This document shows, in pieces, positions 19,650 to 29,093 of a stretch of DNA of 64,000 nt. Origin of the DNA: Sulfuricaulis sp. GTDB lineage: Bacteria > Pseudomonadota > Gammaproteobacteria > Acidiferrobacterales > Sulfurifustaceae. Where the stretch lies: assembly GCF_049587675.1 (NCBI RefSeq), contig NZ_JBAVEJ010000057.1, positions 12-64,011 of the forward strand. Direction: 5' to 3'. The notes beneath the pieces were generated by a model. The model saw nothing but the letters and a program-made list of their open reading frames with translations. It made no database searches and was not told where the DNA came from. Made by a program: the position numbers and the translations under genes. Position 1 is the first letter of the stretch; each line of letters begins with the position of its first letter.

Positions 19650-20046
19650 ATAGACACTCCATAAAGTCTAATGTTCGCCTTAGAGAAGCTCCAACATAAT
19701 ACGAGAGCAAGGTCATAAATGACTTCATTTTTTTCTGGAATCCGAGTATCGCGGCTCAATGAGGAGCATACCGTCTGTCGGTCATTACTTACCAATCGTC
19801 CCCCCATAGAATTTTGAATTATTCATCGAATATCGTAAATATCCATAATGGTGACATATTGCGGCAATTGCAGAGTTTCTAACCGCAATTAAACTTAATT
19901 CATATGTAATACGTAAATACTCATATTCACCTTGAATTAAAGCTGAAATGATTAGGACCATGCATTATCGTTATCGAATTTCCGTCGGCTCCTCAAAAAT
20001 GGCATGTCCTTTTATCTGCCAATTAATGCCGTTCGTCGTTACAGAC

Positions 20047-20631
20047 ATGCCGCTCATTAAACCGTTAGTCGGTAAAAATATACCGTCTGTCTGCAATAAA
20101 GGGTTTACCCTCGTTGAATTGATAATTGTGCTGACCATTGCGGGTGTTCTCGCGACTCTTGCTGCCCCAAGCATACAGAAATTTGTCGCTAGCAACCGAC
20201 TTGCCACACAGGTAAACGATCTGCTGGCTGACATCAGTACGACAAGAAGCGTAGCCATTAAACGCAATACGAATGCGGGGATCTGCGCCTCGACCACCGG
20301 TACCAGTTGCACCGCTGGCGGGAACTGGGCGAACGGCTGGCTCGTTTACTACGTTTGCCCGGCAACCGACTCGACCTGCACCGTGGGCACGAAAGTCACA
20401 GTCAAGACACATGAAGCCCTGACGGGGAGCAATACACTGGCGGCGATACGAACGGATGTCAGCACCAATACGGACTCTTCCGTCGACACAGTGACTTACA
20501 GCAAAAGCGGCGCCTTTTCCTCCCAGGCATATACATACAAATTCTCGCTATGCGATTCGAAACAACACCAGTCTCGGATTGCCGACATTACGGTTGTCGG
20601 CCAGACATCCATATCCAGCGGAACATGCTGA
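20047..20631 (+). CDS. fimU: Type IV minor pilin FimU/FimT
   Basis: Prepilin site KG-FTLVELIIVLTIAGVLA and GspH/FimT-like body. Start uncertain (open from 19948). Confidence 0.85.
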   Translation: MPLIKPLVGKNIPSVCNKGFTLVELIIVLTIAGVLATLAAPSIQKFVASNRLATQVNDLLADISTTRSVAIKRNTNAGICASTTGTSCTAGGNWANGWLVYYVCPATDSTCTVGTKVTVKTHEALTGSNTLAAIRTDVSTNTDSSVDTVTYSKSGAFSSQAYTYKFSLCDSKQHQSRIADITVVGQTSISSGTC

Positions 20632-21134
20632 AGATTACCGCCATGACACTGATGAAAACTGCCTGCGGAGTTAAAAACAACACCCAGAGTCGGGGCTTTT
20701 CCCTGGTCGAAGTCCTGGTGGCGCTACTCGTTTTGTCCATAGGGCTACTGGGGCTTGCGGCGTTGCAAACAACATCCATGCAATACAACACCGGATCCTA
20801 CTTCCGCACCCAGGCTACTTTTCTAGCCTATGACATCATCGACCGCATGCGCGCTAACAGTACTGCGATTGTCGACTCGGACGGCAATGGCTATGACCAA
20901 CCAACATCAAGCGCAGTAACTTATACCGTCAATTGCGATACATCCAGTTGCACAAGTGCCGAACTGGCGAATTACGATGTCAAAAAATGGTATGACAGAG
21001 CCGTCGCCACGCTTCCTAACGCTACTACGACTCCGCCGACGATCAATATAAGTTCTACCAAGAGTGTAACGATCACTATTCGCTGGTTGGAACGCGATTT
21101 GTCGATGAGTCAAACCTGGGTGGTGCAATTATGA
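20625..21134 (+). CDS. pilV: Type IV minor pilin PilV
   Basis: RG-FSLVEVLVALLVLSIGLLGLAALQ, RTQATFLAYDIIDRMRAN. Confidence 0.92.
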   Translation: MLKITAMTLMKTACGVKNNTQSRGFSLVEVLVALLVLSIGLLGLAALQTTSMQYNTGSYFRTQATFLAYDIIDRMRANSTAIVDSDGNGYDQPTSSAVTYTVNCDTSSCTSAELANYDVKKWYDRAVATLPNATTTPPTINISSTKSVTITIRWLERDLSMSQTWVVQL

Positions 21135-22210
21135 AATCGTTTCGTCAGCACATGACGGAAAATAGGGGCTTCAGTCTGGTGGAGCTGATGGTGGCGCTCA
21201 CTATCGGATTGATCATCCTGTCCGCCGTATCCATGCTGTTTGTCGGCAGCAAAAAAACTTATACAGCGCAGGATAGCCTGGCGCGGCTACAGGAAAATGC
21301 ACGCTTTGCCATGCAGTTCCTGACCAAGGACCTGCGGCTGGCGGGATATTATGGCTGCATTAGCGATATTGCCCCGGATTCCGTCTACAGCACGCTGAAT
21401 AACAGCACTGATTTTGCTTACAACGCACAGGTCCCCTTGGAAGGCCTGAATCACGGGACCGGAACATGGTACCCATCGGCATCGACCACACTGCCCTCGG
21501 GTATCGTTTCCGGCACCGACGCTATTACGATTCGCGTCGCCGATGCCGGCAGCTCGATTTTTCTCACCAATGAAATGTCGAACAAAACCGATGGGCTCAC
21601 TGTCAACTCCGTCAGTGATATCAGCAGTGGCGACATTATCATGGTATCGGATTGCGCAAGCACCGACATCATGAATGTGACGGGTTTCAGCGGCCTGCAG
21701 ATCTTGCATGCGCCGGGTTCTGGAAATCCGAGCAACTCCACCCAGACGTTGAGCAAGGTCTACAGCCCTTCCACGGGTCCGGGCGGAACAAGGGTCATGA
21801 AATTCTGGACCCGCCGGTATTTCATCGGGACTGGTGCCAGCGGTAACCCGGCGCTGTTCCGACAGGATAACAATGGCACAGCTGTCGAGCTGGTAGATGG
21901 CATTGAAAATATGAGAATCCAGTACGGTGAGTACACCGCCAGCCCGTCGGATGCAAACCGGTCGAATTGGGTGCCTAGTGTCTACAGAAACGCTTCCGCT
22001 GTCAGCGACTGGACAAAGGTGGTGAGCGTGCGTATCGGCATACTCGCCAGGACGCTCAGCGACTCCGCCACTGGCAGAGCGAAAGAAACCGACATTGACA
22101 CCGGTAACTATGACATAGACGGGGACGGTAACGTCGACCTCAGCAATCCCGGGGACCATTTCAAACGCCGCATATTCCAATACGTCGTACAGTTGAGAAA
22201 CGCATTATGA
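21131..22210 (+). CDS. pilW: Type IV minor pilin PilW
   Basis: RG-FSLVELMVAL, LQENARFAM, DLRLAGY, ELVDGIENMRIQYG, VVSVRIGIL. Confidence 0.92.
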   Translation: MKSFRQHMTENRGFSLVELMVALTIGLIILSAVSMLFVGSKKTYTAQDSLARLQENARFAMQFLTKDLRLAGYYGCISDIAPDSVYSTLNNSTDFAYNAQVPLEGLNHGTGTWYPSASTTLPSGIVSGTDAITIRVADAGSSIFLTNEMSNKTDGLTVNSVSDISSGDIIMVSDCASTDIMNVTGFSGLQILHAPGSGNPSNSTQTLSKVYSPSTGPGGTRVMKFWTRRYFIGTGASGNPALFRQDNNGTAVELVDGIENMRIQYGEYTASPSDANRSNWVPSVYRNASAVSDWTKVVSVRIGILARTLSDSATGRAKETDIDTGNYDIDGDGNVDLSNPGDHFKRRIFQYVVQLRNAL

Positions 22211-22677
22211 AACGCCGGCCTTGTCATTTACCAAAACCTTCTTCGGCCGCCTGTCATCGCCAACGCGGCACCGCGCTTATCATGAGCCTGGTGATTCTGA
22301 TGATCCTTACCATCCTCGGCATCACGGCCATGAGCACTGCCTCGCTGGAGGAAAAAATGTCCGGCAACACACAAGAGGGTACGCGCGCATTCGAGGTGGC
22401 GGAATCCGGCTTGAATCAGGCCCTGAGCACCCCTGGCAGCCTCGACCTGAACAGTACTCCCAGCACTCCGCCGCTTGTTTTCCCCTACACCACCATGAAT
22501 GCCAGCGCCTCGGTTAGCACGCTATTCGTCCAGAATTCACCGCCGAGACGCGGCTCCGGATACGGTAACACCGTTGAGGCGGCCAATTTCGATCAAGCCA
22601 GCACCGGAACCACCGGCGTTGGCGCCAAAGCTGTCATCCACCAGGGAGTGGCCCAAATAGTACCCAAATCTAATTGA
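22207..22677 (+). CDS. pilX: Type IV minor pilin PilX
   Basis: QRG-TALIMSLVILMILTILG (no Glu5), EEKMSGN, AFEVAESGL. Confidence 0.9.
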   Translation: MKRRPCHLPKPSSAACHRQRGTALIMSLVILMILTILGITAMSTASLEEKMSGNTQEGTRAFEVAESGLNQALSTPGSLDLNSTPSTPPLVFPYTTMNASASVSTLFVQNSPPRRGSGYGNTVEAANFDQASTGTTGVGAKAVIHQGVAQIVPKSN

Positions 22678-22690
22678 GCAGGTGAGCAAT

Positions 22691-25600
22691 ATGAATATTC
22701 TCCAAAAACTCTCTAATCGGCTGATATATGTTTTATCCGTTATCGCCCTGATCGTTGTTCCGGGCCTCGCGCCGGTCAACGCCAAGGACACGGATATCTA
22801 TCTGCTGGCCCCGTCCACCACCACGGACGATAAGCCGAACGTGATGATCATTCTCGACAACTCGGGCAGTATGACCGATGTTCTCAGCGGTCCTCCGGAA
22901 TATGATCCTACCGTTGATTATTGCACCGCCGATCTCGATACCCTTTATCCTGATATCACCACTCCCAATGCCGGCAAACCCAGCCCCTGCGCCAGCAGCA
23001 CGCGCATCTACTGGTCGTTCAACAACAACCCACCGCCTTCTAACACCACGCAGTGGTTTGATTCGTCCAAAAATAATTGCCTGGCCTCTCGTAATCCCTC
23101 CGCGGCCCTGAGTACCGCCGGCAAGTATGCCGGAACGAAAATTGCGGGTTGGAGAAGCGGCAGCGGCAACGGCTGGAAAACACTGAACGGCAAGGACAAT
23201 AGTACTATTACATACGTGGACTGCCAGCAGGATGGCACCACAAACGGTCAAGCCGCGGGGGATAATACGTTTCCGAGATGCTCGGGTTCATCAGGAGGCT
23301 GCTCTAATACCGTCGCCTACACCTCCACGTCAAGCCAGGCCTTCAGCTGGACAGGCTTCAATCCCACCAGTGGTGGTAAATCCGTCAGCTCACCGACGCT
23401 CTACAACGCGAACTACATGAACTATCGGAATAATACCTATCTCTATAAGAATCTAACGCGCATGGATGTGTCCAAGGCGGCGGTGAGAAGCCTGATTGAT
23501 ACGTACACGACCGTGCGTTTCGGTCTGATGGTCTTTAATGATAATAATTCAACCCCGAACGGCGGGCGGGTGCTGATGCGGATCGCCAACATGGACAGCG
23601 CGCGCCGCACCGCCATGAAGAATATTGTCAACAGCATCGATGCGGAAACCAACACCCCGCTGGCCGAAACCTTGTGGGAGGCCTACCGTTATTTCAGTGG
23701 GCAGACTGCCACTTACGGCAATCCCACGACGGAGACACCCCACCAGGATTCCTGCGCGCAGAATGTATCGAACAGTGCCTGCAACAACGGCGGTTACTAC
23801 GACGCCATTGCTGCGGGAAACTCTGCCTACAACGACGGCACCTATATCTCTCCGTTCACGTACGGCTGTCAGAAGGCATTCATCATCTATGTCACGGACG
23901 GCGATCCGACCAGCGACACGGCGGCCAACAGCAATATCGCCACTCTGACGGGATCGAGCTGCGACGGCACAAGCTGCCTGGATGACATGGCCGGGTATAT
24001 GCACACCCATGATATCTACACCGGCCTGCCGGATCCGCAGACTGTCACCACCTACACCGTCCCGCTCGGCGACGGCATTTCAGCTTCCGGTCTGCAACTA
24101 CTGCAAGATGCAGCATCGAAAGGCGGTGGATTGTCTTTGACGGCCGTAGACGGAAACGAGCTGACGATCGCGCTTCAAACAGTACTCAACAAAATCCTCG
24201 AGACCACCACGTCGTTTTCCGCGCCCAGCTTGTCGGTCAATGCATTCAACCGGCTGTACAATCGCGACGACATTTATTTCGCCTTGTTCAATCCCTCTTC
24301 TACCCAGGCGTGGGACGGCAATCTCAAGAAGTTCAAGCTGTGCAATGGCACGGAAACCCCCGCGTGCACGTTCGGAGAGATCATTGACGTGAATAATGTT
24401 GCTGCCATTAACACGACAATTGACCCGACCACCGGCAAGGTGCCCAATAAAATCAAAGACACCGCAAGAAGTTATTGGAGCGCGGTCGATGACGGATCGA
24501 ACGTCAAATTGGGCGGCGCGGGCGCAAAAATTACGGACGACGCCAAGGTACCGCGCACTCTCTATACCTACCGCGGTTCCTATAGTGGACTGTCTTCCAC
24601 GGCGCCAGCAACACCCGTTTCCGTCGTGGCCACCTCGGGCAATACTGTCTACGATGCAGCGGTATCCGACCCCACGATCCTGGGGCTGCCGTCAACGGCA
24701 AGCAGCGCCGAGGTTGCTCAGTTGGTCAACTGGATGCGTGGCCAAGATGCCTATGACGAGGATACCAACAGCAACACCACGGAAACCCGGCCATGGAACT
24801 TTGCCGACCCCTTGCACAGCCGCCCAGTGGCGTTCACCTATGGGTGCGTTGGCAGCGGTCCATGCACCGCCAGTTCCACCCCCGTCATCAAGCTGTTCAT
24901 CGGCACCAACGATGGCATGGTGCGCATCATCAATAACAGCACTGGCGAGGAAGAATGGGCCTTCATCCCGGACGAGATGCTGAACAAGCAATACGCCCTG
25001 TCGCAGAACGACAACGGCGATCACATTTACGGACTGGATGATTCGCCGGCCTTCCTGGTGAATGACGTCAACAATGACGGCATCATCGATCCTGCGACCG
25101 ACAAGGTATACATGTACATCGGCATGCGCCGTGGTGGCCGCAACATTTATGCCTTCGATGTCACGCCGCCTGCGAAACTGACGACACAAACTCAGACAGT
25201 CACACCCAAGCTGATGTGGGTCATTAAAGGCGGTACCGGCGACTTTGCGAAACTGGGCCAGACCTGGTCACGCCCCAAGATCGCGCGCATCCGTGCACAA
25301 TGCAATCCGAGCTCCGTTTGCGACGATGGCAATCCAAGTACGAATGACAGCAGGTCGAGAATGGTATTGATCATCGGTGGCGGTTATGACACCAACCAGG
25401 ACAGCGGGATCCCGTCGGGCCCGGACACGATGGGCAACGCCATTTACATCGTCGATCCGTTTACCGGGCAGCGGATATGGTGGGCCAGCACTGATGCCAG
25501 CTCTTCGCTACCGTTGGCCAAGATGAACTACAGCATACCGTCGGAAGTGACTGCCGTGGACACGGACGGCGATAAGTCGGTTGACCGTCTGTATGTCGGC

Positions 25601-26506
25601 GACACCGGCGGGCAACTCTGGCGCATTGATCTCGGAGACCAGATCGGTGACGGCACTGGCGGCGGATCCAACGGATATGTATTTGCCGACATCGGTTGCG
25701 ACAGCACCAGCTCGACACGGCGGGTCCACGACGCCACCGGCGACTGCCCGGTCAGCACCACCAAGCAGGGCCTGCGCAAGCTCTTCTATCCGCCGGACGT
25801 GGCACCGGTCAAGGACGCGATTTATTCGAGCAGCGAGAACTATGATCTTGTGACCATCGGCTCGGGCGATCGCGAGGACCCGCTGGACTTGCTGACCTCG
25901 AATCCCACCGCGGATTACCCGGTCCATAACCGGATCTATGCCTTCCGGGATTACAACTACGTGACGGGTATCCCGGCGACAATACCCACGACCCCGCTCT
26001 CGGAATTCGAGATGTACGACGCGACAGCTAATTTACTGGCTTCGAGTGATCCAACGATAAAACAGGCCGCAATCGATGACATTAAAGTCAGCAAGGGCTG
26101 GTACATCAACCTTGTCGAACCCAGCGCGGTCACGCTGTTGAACGGCCTGAGTTCCACATGGGCTGGGGAAAAAGTCTTGGCCAAGACGCTGGTGTTCGGC
26201 GGGGTGCTTTATGCCACCACGTTCGTGCCGGCGAACCAATCCACCCTGGCGTCTGCCTGCAACGCCAACGAAGGCGATGCCCGTGCCTACGCGCTCAACT
26301 ACCTGACCGGCGAGGGTGTTTACGACCAGAATAATGATGGCTCGGTCGACAGGTTCAACACTATCGGCGGCGGTATCCCGTCCGAAGTCGTCATCGTTAT
26401 CCGCGACGGCGGCGTTACCGGTCTGGTGGGCACCAGCGGTGGCGCGGCGGGCATCGATGTCGGCGGCGGTCTGCCGCGATACAAGACATACTGGTACGAC
26501 GAATAG
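22691..26506 (+). CDS. pilY1: Pilus tip adhesin PilY1 with N-terminal vWA domain
   Basis: MIDAS-like ILDNSGSM, TPLAETL, VTDGDP, GTNDGMV…EEWAFIP, LGQTWSRP, DTDGDKSVDRLYVGDTGGQLWRID. Confidence 0.92.
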   Translation: MNILQKLSNRLIYVLSVIALIVVPGLAPVNAKDTDIYLLAPSTTTDDKPNVMIILDNSGSMTDVLSGPPEYDPTVDYCTADLDTLYPDITTPNAGKPSPCASSTRIYWSFNNNPPPSNTTQWFDSSKNNCLASRNPSAALSTAGKYAGTKIAGWRSGSGNGWKTLNGKDNSTITYVDCQQDGTTNGQAAGDNTFPRCSGSSGGCSNTVAYTSTSSQAFSWTGFNPTSGGKSVSSPTLYNANYMNYRNNTYLYKNLTRMDVSKAAVRSLIDTYTTVRFGLMVFNDNNSTPNGGRVLMRIANMDSARRTAMKNIVNSIDAETNTPLAETLWEAYRYFSGQTATYGNPTTETPHQDSCAQNVSNSACNNGGYYDAIAAGNSAYNDGTYISPFTYGCQKAFIIYVTDGDPTSDTAANSNIATLTGSSCDGTSCLDDMAGYMHTHDIYTGLPDPQTVTTYTVPLGDGISASGLQLLQDAASKGGGLSLTAVDGNELTIALQTVLNKILETTTSFSAPSLSVNAFNRLYNRDDIYFALFNPSSTQAWDGNLKKFKLCNGTETPACTFGEIIDVNNVAAINTTIDPTTGKVPNKIKDTARSYWSAVDDGSNVKLGGAGAKITDDAKVPRTLYTYRGSYSGLSSTAPATPVSVVATSGNTVYDAAVSDPTILGLPSTASSAEVAQLVNWMRGQDAYDEDTNSNTTETRPWNFADPLHSRPVAFTYGCVGSGPCTASSTPVIKLFIGTNDGMVRIINNSTGEEEWAFIPDEMLNKQYALSQNDNGDHIYGLDDSPAFLVNDVNNDGIIDPATDKVYMYIGMRRGGRNIYAFDVTPPAKLTTQTQTVTPKLMWVIKGGTGDFAKLGQTWSRPKIARIRAQCNPSSVCDDGNPSTNDSRSRMVLIIGGGYDTNQDSGIPSGPDTMGNAIYIVDPFTGQRIWWASTDASSSLPLAKMNYSIPSEVTAVDTDGDKSVDRLYVGDTGGQLWRIDLGDQIGDGTGGGSNGYVFADIGCDSTSSTRRVHDATGDCPVSTTKQGLRKLFYPPDVAPVKDAIYSSSENYDLVTIGSGDREDPLDLLTSNPTADYPVHNRIYAFRDYNYVTGIPATIPTTPLSEFEMYDATANLLASSDPTIKQAAIDDIKVSKGWYINLVEPSAVTLLNGLSSTWAGEKVLAKTLVFGGVLYATTFVPANQSTLASACNANEGDARAYALNYLTGEGVYDQNNDGSVDRFNTIGGGIPSEVVIVIRDGGVTGLVGTSGGAAGIDVGGGLPRYKTYWYDE

Positions 26507-26590
26507 CTAACATTAGTCGCAGCAACAGCCCCCTCTTCCGTGCGGAGGAGGGGGCTTTTTCAAAGACAAATCTGCGCGGAGCACATCGGT

Positions 26591-27154
26591 ATGAAACAAA
26601 TTAGATTTTCTGGTTTTACCCTGATCGAGCTGATGATTGTGGTAGTGATTATCGGCGTGCTCGCGGCTATCGCCTACCCTAGCTACACCAAATACACAGT
26701 CCAGTCGCGCCGCTCGGATGCACAGATCGCTCTTACGCAGGCGGCCGCACTGCAGGAGAGATTCTATTCAGACTGCGGCCATTACGCACAGATACCGCAC
26801 GGGGTCAAGAACACCCGCGCTTGCGGAACCTTGGCAAATAATTACAACGATGGAATCCTGGCCATGAACGACAATGCTTCCGCGACCATTTTTTCGCCAG
26901 GACAGCATTACGTGATTTCGATGGTGGCACCCACCTCCAGCACCGGCATCTGTCCCATCGACAGGTGCTTTATCCTGCAAGCAACGCCGTCCACAAAAGC
27001 CAACACCGATGGGACCCTGACCGGGACCGGCCTGCAGGTGGGCAACGGAAGGCTCCGGATTGATTCGAAGGGGAACAAGAGCTGGGACAAGGCAAACAGC
27101 AATTCACCCAGCGGCACCACCGGCATGTTTGGCTCTAAATGGACCGATAAATAA
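26591..27154 (+). CDS. pilE: Type IV minor pilin PilE
   Basis: [37 protein letters not shown]. Confidence 0.9.
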   Translation: MKQIRFSGFTLIELMIVVVIIGVLAAIAYPSYTKYTVQSRRSDAQIALTQAAALQERFYSDCGHYAQIPHGVKNTRACGTLANNYNDGILAMNDNASATIFSPGQHYVISMVAPTSSTGICPIDRCFILQATPSTKANTDGTLTGTGLQVGNGRLRIDSKGNKSWDKANSNSPSGTTGMFGSKWTDK

Positions 27155-27197
27155 TACTGTCTAGCCGCTTAGCCCCGATGGGGTTCAGACGGTATCT

Positions 27198-28121
27198 TTA
27201 CGCGCGTAACGTCTTGGGGACGGGAAAAGATATTGTCTCGATTTTTCCCTGCTGTTCCTCGACGATTTCCGCACCCCATTCGCGTAATCGCATAACCACC
27301 TGCTGCACCAGTTCTTCCGGTGCCGAAGCGCCAGCCGTCAATCCCACCCTGTGAGCACTTTCCAGCCACTCACGGCGGATATCTTCAGGCCCGTCGATCA
27401 TGTAGCCACGTATACCCTGTCCTTCCGCCACTTCGCGCAGACGGTTGGAATTGGAGCTGTTGCGGGAGCCGACCACCAGCATTACATCGACAGATTTCGC
27501 CAAAGCCTTGACCGCGTCTTGACGATTCTGCGTGGCATAACAAATATCATCTTTCTTCGGTCCCTTTATATTCGGGAATCGCGCGCGCAGGGCATTGACG
27601 ATCTTTGCGGTATCGTCCATGGAGAGGGTGGTCTGGGTGGCATACGACAGGTTGGTATCGTCATTTACCCGCAGTTTGGCAACATCTTCAACTGTTTCGA
27701 CAAGATACATTCCGCTGTCGGCCTGCCCTATCGTGCCCTCCACCTCGGGGTGACCGGCGTGACCGATCAGGACACATTCCGTGCCGTTGTTCCGGTGGCG
27801 CGCCACCTCCATGTGAACCTTGGTCACCAGCGGACAAGTGGCATCGAAGATTTGCAGACCCCGCCGGGTGGCTTCCTCGCGCACTGCGCGTGAGACACCG
27901 TGTGCGCTGAATATCACTGTGGCCCCCGCAGGCACCTGATCCAGCTCATCGACAAACACAGCACCCTTTGCGCGCAGATCGTCCACCACAAACCGGTTAT
28001 GCACCACCTCGTGGCGCACGTAGATCGGCGCGCCGAACATTTCGAGCGCGCGTTCGACGATCTCAATAGCACGGTCAACACCGGCACAAAAACCACGGGG
28101 ATTGGCTAGATAGACTTGCAC
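27198..28121 (-). CDS. ispH: 4-hydroxy-3-methylbut-2-enyl diphosphate reductase
   Basis: [51 protein letters not shown]. Confidence 0.97.
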   Translation of the reverse strand: MQVYLANPRGFCAGVDRAIEIVERALEMFGAPIYVRHEVVHNRFVVDDLRAKGAVFVDELDQVPAGATVIFSAHGVSRAVREEATRRGLQIFDATCPLVTKVHMEVARHRNNGTECVLIGHAGHPEVEGTIGQADSGMYLVETVEDVAKLRVNDDTNLSYATQTTLSMDDTAKIVNALRARFPNIKGPKKDDICYATQNRQDAVKALAKSVDVMLVVGSRNSSNSNRLREVAEGQGIRGYMIDGPEDIRREWLESAHRVGLTAGASAPEELVQQVVMRLREWGAEIVEEQQGKIETISFPVPKTLRA

Positions 28122-28176
28122 ACTGTAATGATACCTTGTTTTGGAACTGCGATCACCGGTCCCGCAATCTTGGAAC

Positions 28177-28205
28177 AAAAAAACGCCCGGGAATTCCGGG
28201 CGTTT
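28177..28205 (-). terminator. Intrinsic terminator upstream of ispH
   Basis: Minus strand aaacgcccgg-aattc-ccgggcgtttttttg. Confidence 0.75.
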
Positions 28206-28229
28206 GTATTACATCCAAAACCAGAAGGT

Positions 28230-28487
28230 TTATTTAATTTTTGAAGGATCCATCTGGTCCTTTTGATTATCTTTCCAGCACTTGGACATGCAATCCTCAT
28301 AGGCTTCTGCGCTCATGTCCTTTCTCTTGCTCTTGCACTCCTTCTGCTGGCATGCCTTCACCGACTCATACATCTTTTTGTCATTAGTCTTGGCAGAGCC
28401 CTCCGCCGCCCCGGCATAAGCGGAAAGGAACAGAAAACCGGTGGCTGCAAGAGAAACACAAACTTTGATAACAGTACGCATTGCCAT
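28230..28487 (-). CDS. Small secreted hypothetical protein with four Cys
   Basis: AAGGAG RBS, signal peptide ending AYA, Lys-rich body with CQQKEC and CMSKC, own terminator. Confidence 0.7.
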   Translation of the reverse strand: MAMRTVIKVCVSLAATGFLFLSAYAGAAEGSAKTNDKKMYESVKACQQKECKSKRKDMSAEAYEDCMSKCWKDNQKDQMDPSKIK

Positions 28488-28622
28488 GAACTCCTTGATC
28501 TTGGGAAGTTGCAATTCGAATCAGATGATACGACCCCGGCGCCACGCCGGTAGGTTATTTTCAGTCTAGTCCCGGAATGATTGTTCGCCAGCGAAAACCG
28601 CCCGGCGTCGAAAACTTGCCGC

Positions 28623-29093
28623 TCAACGAGTCTTGCGCGACCCCGGTTGCAAGGCATCCAGTGCCAATATCACTGCTCCGATCGTAATCGCCGAATCCGC
28701 AACATTGAACGCCGGCCAATGCCAAACGTGGTAGTAGACGTCAATAAAATCAATCACATAACCATGGAACAAGCGATCGGTGAGGTTGCCGAGTGCACCG
28801 CCCAGCACCAGCATCAGGCCAATGACAAGAAACATATCCCTACTTTCCAGGCGCCAACTCATCCAAAGAATGAAAACACACGCACTCAAGGCAACGACAA
28901 TGAAAAAAACATTCTGCCAGCCACCCGCGCCACTCAGAAAACCGAATGCCGCGCCGGTGTTATGGACCAACACAAAACTCAGGAAAGGAGCCAACTTTAT
29001 CTCGCCATGCAGCGCCAGATAATCCGTGGCAGCGAGTTTTGTCAGCTGATCAAACAAAAGAACAACCACGGCAATCCACATAAACCGCCACAT
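28623..29093 (-). CDS. lspA: Lipoprotein signal peptidase II
   Basis: DQLTK, HNTGAAFGFL, GGALGNLTDR, VIDFI, WPAFNVADSAI. ATG overlaps the ileS TGA. Confidence 0.96.
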   Translation of the reverse strand: MWRFMWIAVVVLLFDQLTKLAATDYLALHGEIKLAPFLSFVLVHNTGAAFGFLSGAGGWQNVFFIVVALSACVFILWMSWRLESRDMFLVIGLMLVLGGALGNLTDRLFHGYVIDFIDVYYHVWHWPAFNVADSAITIGAVILALDALQPGSRKTR

